The notes under the pieces are model-generated. The model ran no database searches, was not told where the DNA came from, and worked only from the letters and a program-made list of their open reading frames with translations. The position numbers and the translations under genes were made by a program. Source: Leptospirales bacterium (GTDB lineage Bacteria; Spirochaetota; Leptospiria; Turneriellales; JAOUFE01). Taken from it: DNA of 19,028 nucleotides. Positions 1-8,229 of this stretch are shown in pieces (the first letter of the stretch is position 1; each line of letters opens with the position of its first letter). The stretch spans positions 1 to 19,028 of the forward strand of contig JBEQLE010000076.1 in NCBI GenBank assembly GCA_040326155.1. Direction: 5' to 3'.

Positions 1-2364
1 CAAGTTTTTACTAGCAAAATAAATTGTTTCCCTAACTGCCAGCCACCCCTTTGGCCAGAAAGCATGCGAATGGATTTCTGTAAAAACATTTTCCAAAGCA
101 TCACGTATTCCTGCAACAACCCATAAGCTACGGAATTTATCCGCTAAAATATTCTTTGCATTCTCTGCAATACTTTTATTGGAAACCGCTATTTCAAATA
201 ATAAACTAATAAAACTTAAGTACCACTCTTCCGCTTCATCCTTCGTTTTTGGTCGATAACCGCTATCACGTGAATATGCGCCAAACTCAGAATTATCGAA
301 AGTAAGGAAATTTCTGACCTTCAAAGTAGCTCTCACCAAGAAAAACCCAAGCTCTTTGCGATTCTCTTCTGGTGAGTCAAGCAAACCTTTTATTACATTA
401 AATTTTTGTTCTAGTGATGCATGAGTCCCAGATAACATTAGATAAAAAAGGGATTGTATCTTGCTACGTATGGAGTTATTGTTTTCGCTGGTTTTTTCGG
501 TAAGAGCAAAACGGCAAAGTATTTCAACACTATCATTGAATAGAGCTGGCTCATACGCTAGTGAACATAAGATTTTTGTTATTTTATAAAATTGATAATT
601 ATCGTGTGAAATAAACTTGCTGCTGTTTTCACTGTCCGCCGCTCTTTGAAGCGCTTCGAGTGTTTTTAGTGGATATACCGGGGCAATATTTTCAAACAAT
701 ATCATTTCTGATATATCAAGTTTTGCCAGATTCGAAAATAAGCCATTTCCAGAAAGCCAGATACCGGCAATTTCTCTTGCTTCTTCACAATCATGCAAAA
801 AGTTTAACTGCTTCGTAAAAGACAACAATAAACGCTCTGCTCCTTCTTTTTCAAAAACTTCCAGTATCTTGTTAATAGGAATATTCTTAAGAGCCCACTG
901 GGCTAATCGTAGAGAAAGCGCCTGAGGTAAAACAGCTCGCCACTTGCTTCTTTTTTGAACAAGATCACGGCTTTCCAGTTCGCTAACATGTCTATAGATT
1001 TCTACGTCATTTTTTCCTATCAGTGAACCAAGTAATTTTAATTCGTTATCGTCATCCCTGGCAGTTTCGATATGAAATGAATATACCAGAGAACAAACCT
1101 CCGCTGAAGCTAAAAGGTTTTCGTCCTTTTCACCACCTTGGTAAAATAATCGCTTAAATAATTCGTGATCATTAAAATTTACTAATGAATCGCCAGGTTT
1201 AACAGTATCAGAAAGGACAATCGCAATCCGGGCATTCCCGCCCGAGAACTTTGCTATTTTTTGCGCATCTGCTTGCCTGATATGATTAAATCGAATAGAA
1301 ATTAATTTATTTATCAACTCTATAGATGTAGGTTCCAGCTTGAATACATCACTTTCTGGAGGCAAATCTTCTTTTACATCATACTCGACGGTTATTAAAC
1401 TTACTAAACTACCTGGAACATTAACAACAGCCGTTAAAGAACGATGTAATTCCGGTTTACAATTATCTATTGCGATTATCGCTCTTTGTTGTAAAGCCAA
1501 AAGTTGTTCAAGGAAATGATCGGGGCCTGGCTCGGGCTTATCCCCCATGTCTGCATAGAAGACATGGTATCGATTTAAGGAATCTTCACCGATTCTTTCA
1601 TCAAATAAAGCTTGCAGCAGTCTTGTTTTACCGACTCCACTTAATCCTGTTAAACGAACCGAAGAACGGGGCTTATGTAATTTGAAACGAAGTCGATTTA
1701 TTCCATCAATTGCTTTTGCACCATCCAAATCCTTTTTTGAGTATTCAAACAACCTCAAATTATCATCGGATAAATATTCTTCTTCAACACCGTCGGGACA
1801 ATTCGCCCAATTATCATAGGCTTTCCAACCATGTATTGCCCCACCTGTTTTTTCTTGGACCCACTGTATTAAAGAGGGATAACTACGAACCCAACTGGCG
1901 ATTCGATTACAATCATAGAAATCACATTTCAATTGTTCTGCGTTTTCAATCTCAGAAATAGCATTGTACATTACTTCTTTTCTTTTTGGAAGCTCTGAAT
2001 CTGATACTGAATCATTGGAGCTAACTATAATATAAGCGCCATTAGCTTTTATCAATTCTTTGATAGAATCGCGTAGCTCACTTTTGGGCCGCATTTCATC
2101 TGTAATTTTTGCAGCCGACATCTTTGGTTTTTTTACTTGAAAACCACAAATTGCCCTTGGAATATAACTATAAGAATTCGGTGTTTTAGACATTTCAACC
2201 CTGACGTCTATACCTCCGTCCGGTGCATTTTGATGACCACCATATGTAACACCTGCTGTGGGTATGTCTTTTGAAAGTAATTCAGCTTCGCATAAACGCC
2301 CGATTAAAATTCGAAGATCTGTATCATTTAATTCTTTAATATGTTTTTCGGTTATTTCCAGCAT
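1..2364 (-). CDS. Large putative anti-phage defence protein: N-terminal Mrr-like PD-(D/E)xK nuclease + STAND-like P-loop NTPase + helical C-terminal region (3' end beyond window, at least 788 aa)
   Basis: Missing from the ORF track because no stop lies in the window. Manual translation from ATG at 2364 (MLEITEKHIKELNDTDLRILIGRLCEAEL...) is open to base 1. Motifs: DGGIDV (2203-2220)...GFQVK nuclease signature, Walker A GLSGVGKT (1624-1647), Walker B IIAIDNC, post-NTPase FSGGNARIA, winged-helix-like LVQKRSKWRAVLP. Confidence 0.85.
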   Translation of the reverse strand, partial: MLEITEKHIKELNDTDLRILIGRLCEAELLSKDIPTAGVTYGGHQNAPDGGIDVRVEMSKTPNSYSYIPRAICGFQVKKPKMSAAKITDEMRPKSELRDSIKELIKANGAYIIVSSNDSVSDSELPKRKEVMYNAISEIENAEQLKCDFYDCNRIASWVRSYPSLIQWVQEKTGGAIHGWKAYDNWANCPDGVEEEYLSDDNLRLFEYSKKDLDGAKAIDGINRLRFKLHKPRSSVRLTGLSGVGKTRLLQALFDERIGEDSLNRYHVFYADMGDKPEPGPDHFLEQLLALQQRAIIAIDNCKPELHRSLTAVVNVPGSLVSLITVEYDVKEDLPPESDVFKLEPTSIELINKLISIRFNHIRQADAQKIAKFSGGNARIAIVLSDTVKPGDSLVNFNDHELFKRLFYQGGEKDENLLASAEVCSLVYSFHIETARDDDNELKLLGSLIGKNDVEIYRHVSELESRDLVQKRSKWRAVLPQALSLRLAQWALKNIPINKILEVFEKEGAERLLLSFTKQLNFLHDCEEAREIAGIWLSGNGLFSNLAKLDISEMILFENIAPVYPLKTLEALQRAADSENSSKFISHDNYQFYKITKILCSLAYEPALFNDSVEILCRFALTEKTSENNNSIRSKIQSLFYLMLSGTHASLEQKFNVIKGLLDSPEENRKELGFFLVRATLKVRNFLTFDNSEFGAYSRDSGYRPKTKDEAEEWYLSFISLLFEIAVSNKSIAENAKNILADKFRSLWVVAGIRDALENVFTEIHSHAFWPKGWLAVRETIYFASKNL

Positions 2365-2421
2365 AAGTTTCAATATCTTTCCTCGTTCAAAATCAATTAA
2401 AAGATTCAAGTAGTAAATAAT

Positions 2422-2450
2422 ATAATATGTATTTTTACAGGAATTGGCAA
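2422..2450 (-). promoter_or_regulatory. Putative sigma70-type promoter for the nuclease-NTPase gene
   Basis: TTGCCA-N17-TATTAT on the minus strand, about 60 nt upstream of ATG 2364. Confidence 0.5.
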
Positions 2451-2517
2451 TTGTTACTTTTTATTTATAAAAAAACCATGTCGATTAAAATTTTCCAGCC
2501 ATGTACTCTATATAATT

Positions 2518-2581
2518 TAAAAGGGGTAGCGTAGAACGCCGAAGGCGTTCGAGAGTGGTTTTCCCCCTTCTCCCCCCTTTA
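2518..2581 (+). repeat. G-rich palindromic dispersed repeat, copy A (internally shortened)
   Basis: TAAAAGGGGTAGCGTAGAACGCCGAAGGCG is identical (30 bp) to 2894-2923. Contains the perfect hairpin GAACGCC-GAA-GGCGTTC and ends TTCCCCCTTCTCCCCCCTTTA like copy B. Confidence 0.85.
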
Positions 2582-2608
2582 TGTTACCAAACATTAATCG
2601 AACGAAAC

Positions 2609-2649
2609 GGCAAAAGAGAACCTGAAAGAAGCGATTGAGCTGTTTTTAG
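2609..2649 (+). pseudogene. 41-bp fragment of a hicB-like gene
   Basis: 39/41 identical to 2815-2855 (encoding AKENLKEAIELFL). Both differences are synonymous. Confidence 0.75.
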
Positions 2650-2713
2650 CTACAGATTACTATAAACGGCAATATTTGACTTGACCAGTCTGTGGGAAGT
2701 TTAAATAAGATGT

Positions 2714-2896
2714 ATGCCTCAAAACTACACTGCCATTTTGCACAAAGAAGACAACGTCTACGTAGCGCATTGTCCCGAGATTGATATAGCCAGCCAGGGC
2801 GAAACAATTGAAGTGGCAAAAGAGAATCTGAAAGAAGCGATTGAGTTGTTTTTAGAGCATGCTCCGAAAGAAGAGAAGGCCTGTTCGGAAATATAA
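2714..2896 (+). CDS. hicB: HicB-family antitoxin (UPF0150-like), orphan and possibly C-terminally truncated
   Basis: YTAILHKEDNVYVAHCPEIDIASQGETIEVAKENLKEAIELFLE is a typical HicB N-terminal domain. Its TAA stop is the first three bases of repeat copy B. No hicA is adjacent. Confidence 0.8.
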   Translation: MPQNYTAILHKEDNVYVAHCPEIDIASQGETIEVAKENLKEAIELFLEHAPKEEKACSEI

Positions 2897-2982
2897 AAGG
2901 GGTAGCGTAGAACGCCGAAGGCGGTCGAAGCGAGGGGAGAATTGAAAATACCAAAAGAGAATTTCCCCCTTCTCCCCCTTTA
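2894..2982 (+). repeat. G-rich palindromic dispersed repeat, copy B (most complete)
   Basis: TAAAAGGGGTAGCGTAGAA-CGCC.GAA.GGCG-GTCGAAGCGAGGGGAGAA...GAATTTCCCCCTTCTCCCCCTTTA, with roughly complementary ends (AAAGGGG/CCCCTTT). Confidence 0.85.
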
Positions 2983-3020
2983 ATAAACGACATTCACTAA
3001 TTTGAAAATCTTTAAATTTA

Positions 3021-3048
3021 TTGACAAACCCTCATGTAAAATTATATT
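3021..3048 (+). promoter_or_regulatory. Putative sigma70 promoter of the 70-aa gene
   Basis: TTGACA-N16-TATATT, followed by SD GAAGGAG at 3071-3077. Confidence 0.65.
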
Positions 3049-3082
3049 GCTTTTAGTATAAAAAAATTTTGAAGGAGTTACC

Positions 3083-3295
3083 ATGGCCAGTGACCACGAT
3101 TTAGTAGCATGTAATGAAAAACACGAGATGGAGTATATTTTGAATAAATACTCGAAACGTACGACCAATGAAAATATTGAAAAAATGACAACAAGCTGTA
3201 AAAAGTTCAAAAGTGATGATGCCTACAAACCACACAATCGAGAAAACTTTTACCGTTATCTGAAAGAAAGTGGCGATCTAAACGATATGGAGTAA
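3083..3295 (+). CDS. Small hypothetical protein (70 aa)
   Basis: ATG with a strong SD (GAAGGAG) and a near-consensus promoter. Charged, helical-looking sequence; no family recognised. Confidence 0.8.
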   Translation: MASDHDLVACNEKHEMEYILNKYSKRTTNENIEKMTTSCKKFKSDDAYKPHNRENFYRYLKESGDLNDME

Positions 3296-3319
3296 ACCTC
3301 GCTCGTGTCAACGCGCAGT

Positions 3320-4375
3320 CTAATGTTGAGAGTCTTGCGTAAACATAGCAAAAAGTTCTTCTTTTGCGGTCTCCAAATGAGGTAGATTTTCTTTCATTTC
3401 GATTTCAATCTTCAGAGATTGGCAAAGAGTTGCCGCTCCAGCCATTGTTAAAGCGTCGTTAAAGTGCAAACTTTCTGGAATTATTTCGTGCTTTTCAAAA
3501 GAGGCGACGAGGGTATTAAAAACCCGTAAAGGAAAACTACTATCGTACAGAGCAATGTCTATATTAAATATAAACTCGGAATCTACATCGACTGCAATAA
3601 TCATATTTGGAAAATATGGCCTCTCTTTTTCCATCACGGGTTCGGGACTGAAAAAGGAGCCTACCTCCCAGATTTGTTCGACCCGCTTGAGCTGAGCTTT
3701 TTTTAGATTTGCAAGTTTCAACTCATCCACTCTAAAAGGAGTGTCGGTTGGTGATTGTACAATTTCATCGGGAAAATGTTCTATGGAAAATTCCAGGTTC
3801 ATTTTTCCTTTCCCGTCTGGTGTCTCGGTAAAAGCCGGAAGTACATTGCGCTCGAAGGCGCCGTGAATGGATTCATCTTTAAAATATTGGGGTAACACAG
3901 CCTCATGAACAGCCTTCAGAATTTTTATTAAAGTAAGTGCTTCTTTTTCTTCAATTGGCCAAGGGTAAAGACCGGGGGTAAATGTCATGTAATTCGGATA
4001 ACCATTTTTTCCCTTTGGTTCAATAGAGTATTTTTCAAAGATTTGTATTTCTTCAGATTGAAGTTCTGATTTATTATTATAATACACATTGAGGCAGTCA
4101 AAAATATAAACGGCTTTAGACTGATCAAGTTCACCGATAATCAGTTTTCTAAGTTGATGAAAACCTTCGCCCCCACGATAACAACAAACCCCATAAGTTT
4201 CGTCATTAGCGCCGATTATACTACAGTAATAGACTTCGTCGTCTGCGGGGAACCTTAACACAAAAATATCGTTGTCATACAAATGCTTCCACGGTTTTAA
4301 CTCGCGAACCACTTGGGTCTCTTTATAAAGGTCCCTGAAAACCTTTTCTGAAATTATCGGCATGGCTGCTTCCAT
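3320..4375 (-). CDS. Conserved hypothetical protein (351 aa), tentatively DUF7309/DUF6930-like
   Basis: Start moved to ATG 4375 (MEAAMPII), which has SD GAGGGAG upstream. Motifs KPWKHLYDNDIF, YYCSIIGA, PGLYPW and ERPYFP resemble a widespread uncharacterised family; the DUF names are recalled from memory. Confidence 0.75.
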   Translation of the reverse strand: MEAAMPIISEKVFRDLYKETQVVRELKPWKHLYDNDIFVLRFPADDEVYYCSIIGANDETYGVCCYRGGEGFHQLRKLIIGELDQSKAVYIFDCLNVYYNNKSELQSEEIQIFEKYSIEPKGKNGYPNYMTFTPGLYPWPIEEKEALTLIKILKAVHEAVLPQYFKDESIHGAFERNVLPAFTETPDGKGKMNLEFSIEHFPDEIVQSPTDTPFRVDELKLANLKKAQLKRVEQIWEVGSFFSPEPVMEKERPYFPNMIIAVDVDSEFIFNIDIALYDSSFPLRVFNTLVASFEKHEIIPESLHFNDALTMAGAATLCQSLKIEIEMKENLPHLETAKEELFAMFTQDSQH

Positions 4376-4510
4376 AATTCTCCCTCGTTTCACATAATAA
4401 CAGAAGCAACGAACCGGTAAAGTACATATATAAAAAAATCTTATTATTTGCGGGTAATTTCCCACACCAGTTTTTCGTTGACGGGCTAACCATCAAGCTT
4501 ACAACCAAGC

Positions 4511-5083
4511 ATGTCTTTAACCCCCTCCACAATGATTCCTCTGGGTAGCGCGATGCCCGAATTTTCTCTGCCCGAACCTGTGACAGGTAACATGGTTGGC
4601 TCGGCGAATATTAAACCCGACCATGCGACGCTTGTCATGTTCATCTGCAACCATTGCCCCTATGTAGTTCATCTGGCTGACCATATTTCAATGCTCGCAA
4701 GTGATTTTTCGCAAAGGCCGCTTACCGTTTTTGGCATCAACTCTAACAATGTGGAAACCCACCCTGCTGACTCGCCCGAAAACATGATCGGTGAGGCAAC
4801 CCACCGAGGATACATTTTTCCATACCTCTTCGACGAAACCCAGCAAGTCGCACAAACCTTCGGCGCTGTATGCACTCCTGACTTTTTCCTCTACGACAAA
4901 AACCGTAAATTAATTTACCGGGGTCAATTCGACGACTCGCGTCCGGGCAATGGAAAACCCGTTACGGGTGTCGACCTGCGCGAGGCCATTAACGCAACAC
5001 TGGACGACGAACCAGTTTCCGAAAATCAGGTTCCGAGTATAGGTTGTAATATTAAGTGGAAAGCGGGGAACGAACCAGATTAG
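4511..5083 (+). CDS. Thioredoxin-family protein (AhpC/TSA, peroxiredoxin-like)
   Basis: MFICNHCPYV CxxC motif, FPYLFDETQQVA, GAVCTPDFFLYD, YRGQFDDSRPGN, PSIGCNIKWK. Confidence 0.92.
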   Translation: MSLTPSTMIPLGSAMPEFSLPEPVTGNMVGSANIKPDHATLVMFICNHCPYVVHLADHISMLASDFSQRPLTVFGINSNNVETHPADSPENMIGEATHRGYIFPYLFDETQQVAQTFGAVCTPDFFLYDKNRKLIYRGQFDDSRPGNGKPVTGVDLREAINATLDDEPVSENQVPSIGCNIKWKAGNEPD

Positions 5084-5112
5084 AGGGGGGGGGTGAGAAT
5101 TTCCCCACCCAC
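5081..5112 (+). repeat. Partial copy C of the G-rich repeat, hairpin at the gene end
   Basis: TAGAGGGGGGGGTGAGAATTTCCCCACCCAC starts at the thioredoxin stop codon and shares GAGGGG and GAGAATTTCCCC with copy B. Confidence 0.45.
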
Positions 5113-5127
5113 TTGAGTAGCCCGACA

Positions 5128-5640
5128 TTATTCCATTTGAGTCTCTCCAGCTAGAGAAATATCCTCCGATCCATTTTCAACTTCACCAAGTATTCTCAAA
5201 AATTCGGAAGCATCAGAAATTGACAAATCAACAGCACCAAAAAACTCATCTATACTAATTTGTGTTTGCGTATTTAATTTTATGCGGTAAGGGTTTGATA
5301 AAATTTATTAGCTGACATCTCTACCCTTTTACCATCTGGATGTACGATAATAACTCACAGCAGCTCACCTTCAGGATTCATTTCGTAAGTTTGCTTAACT
5401 CCATCCTTGGTCATTATATTAAACACTAATAGCTTTAATATCTTTGTATTTTCTCGATCAAGATTACGACCAAAATCACCGCCAACCGCAACTAACTCAA
5501 GGGGGTTCACCCAGTCCAGATACGACATCCAGGAATCTTCTCCCGCCCAATACGTGAATGTAAGAGCATTCGCCATTGATGGTCCAGGATATTTATCTTT
5601 TTATATAGTTCGTTTATATCTCCGAACATTCCCATTATAG
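5128..5640 (-). pseudogene. Decayed coding remnant(s) at the distal end of the toxin array
   Basis: The frame of ORF 5355-5576 stays protein-like across in-frame stops on both sides (YYNGNVRRYKRTI*KDKYPGPSMANAL...EGELL*VIIVHPDGKRVEMSANKFYQTLTA*). A startless acidic frame (PYRIKLNTQTQISIDEFFGAVDL...ETQME*) ends at 5128. Confidence 0.4.
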
Positions 5641-5661
5641 TATTAATTTTCAATATTTACA

Positions 5662-5684
5662 TTTCAGTGCGTGCTGCACTGAAA
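5662..5684. terminator. Hairpin just downstream of the 5693-6271 gene, possible terminator
   Basis: TTTCAGTGC-GTGCT-GCACTGAAA is a 9-bp perfect stem. There is no clear U-tract on the minus strand. Confidence 0.4.
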
Positions 5685-5692
5685 ACAACCAC

Positions 5693-6271
5693 CTATTCTT
5701 CTGATTGGTTTTTTTTTGAAGAAAAAAGGTAATATAAATACGCGGTGGGGGCAATTATGTAGCAGTACATTAAAAGTGTGTAATTTTGATTCCAATAGCC
5801 AACGAGAAAAATATGAGTAAAGATCTGACTAATTAGTGAGATTCCGAATAAGAGAAGGAGTTGTTTAATGTTAAGAACGATGCCCACCCCCTTACCCTGG
5901 AGAAGGTAAAATAGACCAAGCAAAAGTAGCTGGTTTCCTAAAATATAGAGAATATTAAATAGAAGTAATATGATCTCTTCCCTCACGTTCAGGTGATCTC
6001 TTTGAAGTACAAACTCCTCGTATAAAAGCTCTCTATAGCGATCGTCTTCGTTTAAATCTTCTAGCTGTAAATCACTCTCACCGGTAGGAGAAGAGAAGGT
6101 CCACTGAAGGTGTGGTCTGTGTTTTAAAAAAAGTTGGCCGTCACCAAATTCAGGATGGATATATTGTCCAATCCAAAGGAAACATACAAATTGAAAAATC
6201 AAACCGGTGCTAAAGAGAGAAATAGTCAAACGGAATTTATTCCTAGTAGTTGTAAATTTCAAATTAAACAT
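5693..6271 (-). CDS. Membrane protein, candidate immunity protein for the amidase effector
   Basis: 192 aa with one N-terminal hydrophobic helix, a soluble acidic loop of about 60 aa (HPEFGDGQLFLKHRPHLQWTFSSPTGESD...) and about three further hydrophobic helices. Lies 19 nt downstream of the amidase gene on the same strand. Confidence 0.75.
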   Translation of the reverse strand: MFNLKFTTTRNKFRLTISLFSTGLIFQFVCFLWIGQYIHPEFGDGQLFLKHRPHLQWTFSSPTGESDLQLEDLNEDDRYRELLYEEFVLQRDHLNVREEIILLLFNILYILGNQLLLLGLFYLLQGKGVGIVLNIKQLLLLFGISLISQIFTHIFLVGYWNQNYTLLMYCYIIAPTAYLYYLFSSKKNQSEE

Positions 6272-6290
6272 GTTTTGAGTATTTTTTTAT

Positions 6291-8117
6291 TCATCGTACG
6301 GGTTTTGGTTTTTGTAATCCACTACCGGTACGCCATTTGTTAATTACGGCCATGCCTAAATCGCCAGGGCAAGCTCGTCTCGTATCATACTCCTTATGAC
6401 CGCCGAGAAATTCGATCAACGGAAATTGGCTCTTCAGTTTTAAAATCAAATTCATAGCAGCTTTGTCCATCTTCTTGGTAAGTTCATCATCGGACCATTC
6501 ACCCAGCTCTTTATACCATTTCATGTTTTCGTCTTTTGTGTCCAGGTCAGCCAAGAGCACGATTCCAATTTTACCAGTATTCGCCCGATCGACGTGGGAG
6601 CCTGTGATATCAATCGAACGTCCTTGAAAAATGTGCCCCTGCATATTAACGCCATAGTGATAACCAATATCAGCTCTGGGATCATCTGCATCCATATGAT
6701 CTTCTTGTACTTCGTTCATAGTTTTCATTCCAGAATTTCCAGAATGATGGATGACAATGCTATCGTACACTTTTTCCTTAAAAGTAATTTCATTATATTC
6801 ACGGTTCCCGTCTGTTACCGGATCCTTTGCTCCCCAATCTCTTCGGGGTATGATTTTAACGTGGTCATAATTTTTTTGAGGTTGTAAATATGCTTTTGGA
6901 ACCTCTATGGTTTGTCCAATTTTTAATTTGGCTGGTTGCACGTCATTCCACGTAGCTACGTCTTTCATTAGTTTATCGAACGGTTTTCCGGCAACCTTTT
7001 TAATCATGGAGTATTTAAATGCCCGACTTAGTACTCTTATCAATCCCTCCCCTTTTTTTACCTTAATATATAAGATTTTATTGGAGTCGATTATGTATGG
7101 ATTTTCCTTTTTCTTACTTATACCAGTTCCCCCCTGAGCTGGTTTTCGCTGTAAAGACCCACCCTGCTGAACAGTATGAGTCAACTCATGCGCCATCAAC
7201 CTCTTGCCCTGCACCGTATTTGGCGAATACTGCCCCGCACCAAAAAACACATCTCTTCCGACAGTAAACGCTCGTGCATTCACCGAACGTGAAAGATGCG
7301 CAGCCTTTGAATCGGTGTGTATCTTCACACCACCAAAACTAGTTCCAAAGCGTGGTTCGTAGTAAGATCGTTCGCCAGCCGAGAGAGACCTTCCACCACC
7401 TCGGGAGGATTGAATCGAAGATTCTATGTTTGACGATGCCGGTGTCGAACCGGTTGCCTTTTTTTGAATATGATAATTTGTCGGTGGGGTGAGTTGCCGG
7501 TTCATCGGATTCACCCGAACCGGTATACATTTCCGTTGCATCATCTGCAAAGGTGAATTGCTCCGGCATTTCGGACAGAGACTGGCTTGATTCACTGGAC
7601 GCCGCTGCAATTTTGCCTGCGTCTCTTCTTTTTCGCAGGTGGCACATTTTGATTGTATAAACTTTGCCTGTGGCTCTTCCTCATCTTTTGCAGAAGCCTT
7701 TTGAACGTCCTCTTCTTCAGGCGCAGTTTCGCGTTGTAATGGCGTTATAGAATCTGCCAGCGGTGTTCGAGAAATTTGTTGGGTTTCTCGCAATGAGGAA
7801 TTCCCCAACGAATCGGCGGAACCAACTTGCGGCTCACCCATCGAAACGACTTTATCAGCGACGGCGTCGGCCTCTTGTTCGTATTTGTCGTTTGCCGGGC
7901 CAATATTAAGTTTTCTTTGTAACCAGCCCGATTTAAGAAGACGCCCGACAGCTTGGTTGCCGATGGTACGCTGCAAATGCATTATATAATCACGGGCATT
8001 ATGGATGCCTTGCGGATACTGAGGTCGAGAAGACGAAGATGTGGTCGATGTCTTAGATGATGAGCTTTTCTTCTCGGCACTTGAACCCGTTTTGTGGGTG
8101 TGCTGAAAATTTGACAT
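6291..8117 (-). CDS. DUF4157 (eCIS core) polymorphic effector with LysM-like and PGRP/N-acetylmuramoyl-L-alanine amidase (Amidase_2) C-terminus
   Basis: DUF4157 core YEPRFG...VKIHTD...ARAFTVGRDVFFGAGQY...LMAHELTHTVQQ (HELTH 7176-7190). LysM-like IKVKKGEGL...WNDVQPAKLKIGQTIEVP. Amidase motifs IIPRRDWGA, IVIHHS, DIGYHY, GSHV, GHKEY, ACPG (Zn ligands H/H/C present). Confidence 0.9.
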   Translation of the reverse strand: MSNFQHTHKTGSSAEKKSSSSKTSTTSSSSRPQYPQGIHNARDYIMHLQRTIGNQAVGRLLKSGWLQRKLNIGPANDKYEQEADAVADKVVSMGEPQVGSADSLGNSSLRETQQISRTPLADSITPLQRETAPEEEDVQKASAKDEEEPQAKFIQSKCATCEKEETQAKLQRRPVNQASLCPKCRSNSPLQMMQRKCIPVRVNPMNRQLTPPTNYHIQKKATGSTPASSNIESSIQSSRGGGRSLSAGERSYYEPRFGTSFGGVKIHTDSKAAHLSRSVNARAFTVGRDVFFGAGQYSPNTVQGKRLMAHELTHTVQQGGSLQRKPAQGGTGISKKKENPYIIDSNKILYIKVKKGEGLIRVLSRAFKYSMIKKVAGKPFDKLMKDVATWNDVQPAKLKIGQTIEVPKAYLQPQKNYDHVKIIPRRDWGAKDPVTDGNREYNEITFKEKVYDSIVIHHSGNSGMKTMNEVQEDHMDADDPRADIGYHYGVNMQGHIFQGRSIDITGSHVDRANTGKIGIVLLADLDTKDENMKWYKELGEWSDDELTKKMDKAAMNLILKLKSQFPLIEFLGGHKEYDTRRACPGDLGMAVINKWRTGSGLQKPKPVR

Positions 8118-8125
8118 AGTAATTC

Positions 8126-8153
8126 ATTTTACCGCAGCGCATGATTGTGACAA
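8126..8153 (-). promoter_or_regulatory. Putative promoter giving a leaderless or near-leaderless transcript
   Basis: TTGTCA-N16-TAAAAT-N8-ATG(8117), no SD. Same geometry as 10695-10722. Confidence 0.6.
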
Positions 8154-8184
8154 GTAATTTTTATAAAATGTGATACATTAGATG

Positions 8185-8220
8185 GAGGGTGGCGGGAGGT
8201 CTTTATTTGACCGCGCAGGG
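8185..8220 (+). repeat. Degenerate copy D of the G-rich repeat
   Basis: GAGGGTGGCG-GGA-GGTC.TTTATTT.GACC-GCGCAGGG fits the GGGTRGCG-hairpin-GC..AGGG pattern. Confidence 0.45.
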
Positions 8221-8229
8221 TTAAATAGA

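Noticed and set aside
1470..1961. Two short plus-strand ORFs
   Set aside because: Antisense to the nuclease-NTPase gene, with no recognisable motifs.
4376..4465. Longer start for the 3320 gene
   Set aside because: The extension has no SD, whereas ATG 4375 has GAGGGAG upstream.
4511..5083. Thioredoxin-family gene as part of the toxin system
   Set aside because: Opposite strand and a widely conserved family; more likely the flank of the insertion region.
7497..7523. Inverted repeat CCGGTTC...GAACCGG conserved in both short effectors (also about 10030-10056)
   Set aside because: It lies within a generally near-identical coding block, so shared ancestry or gene conversion explains it without a DNA-level function.
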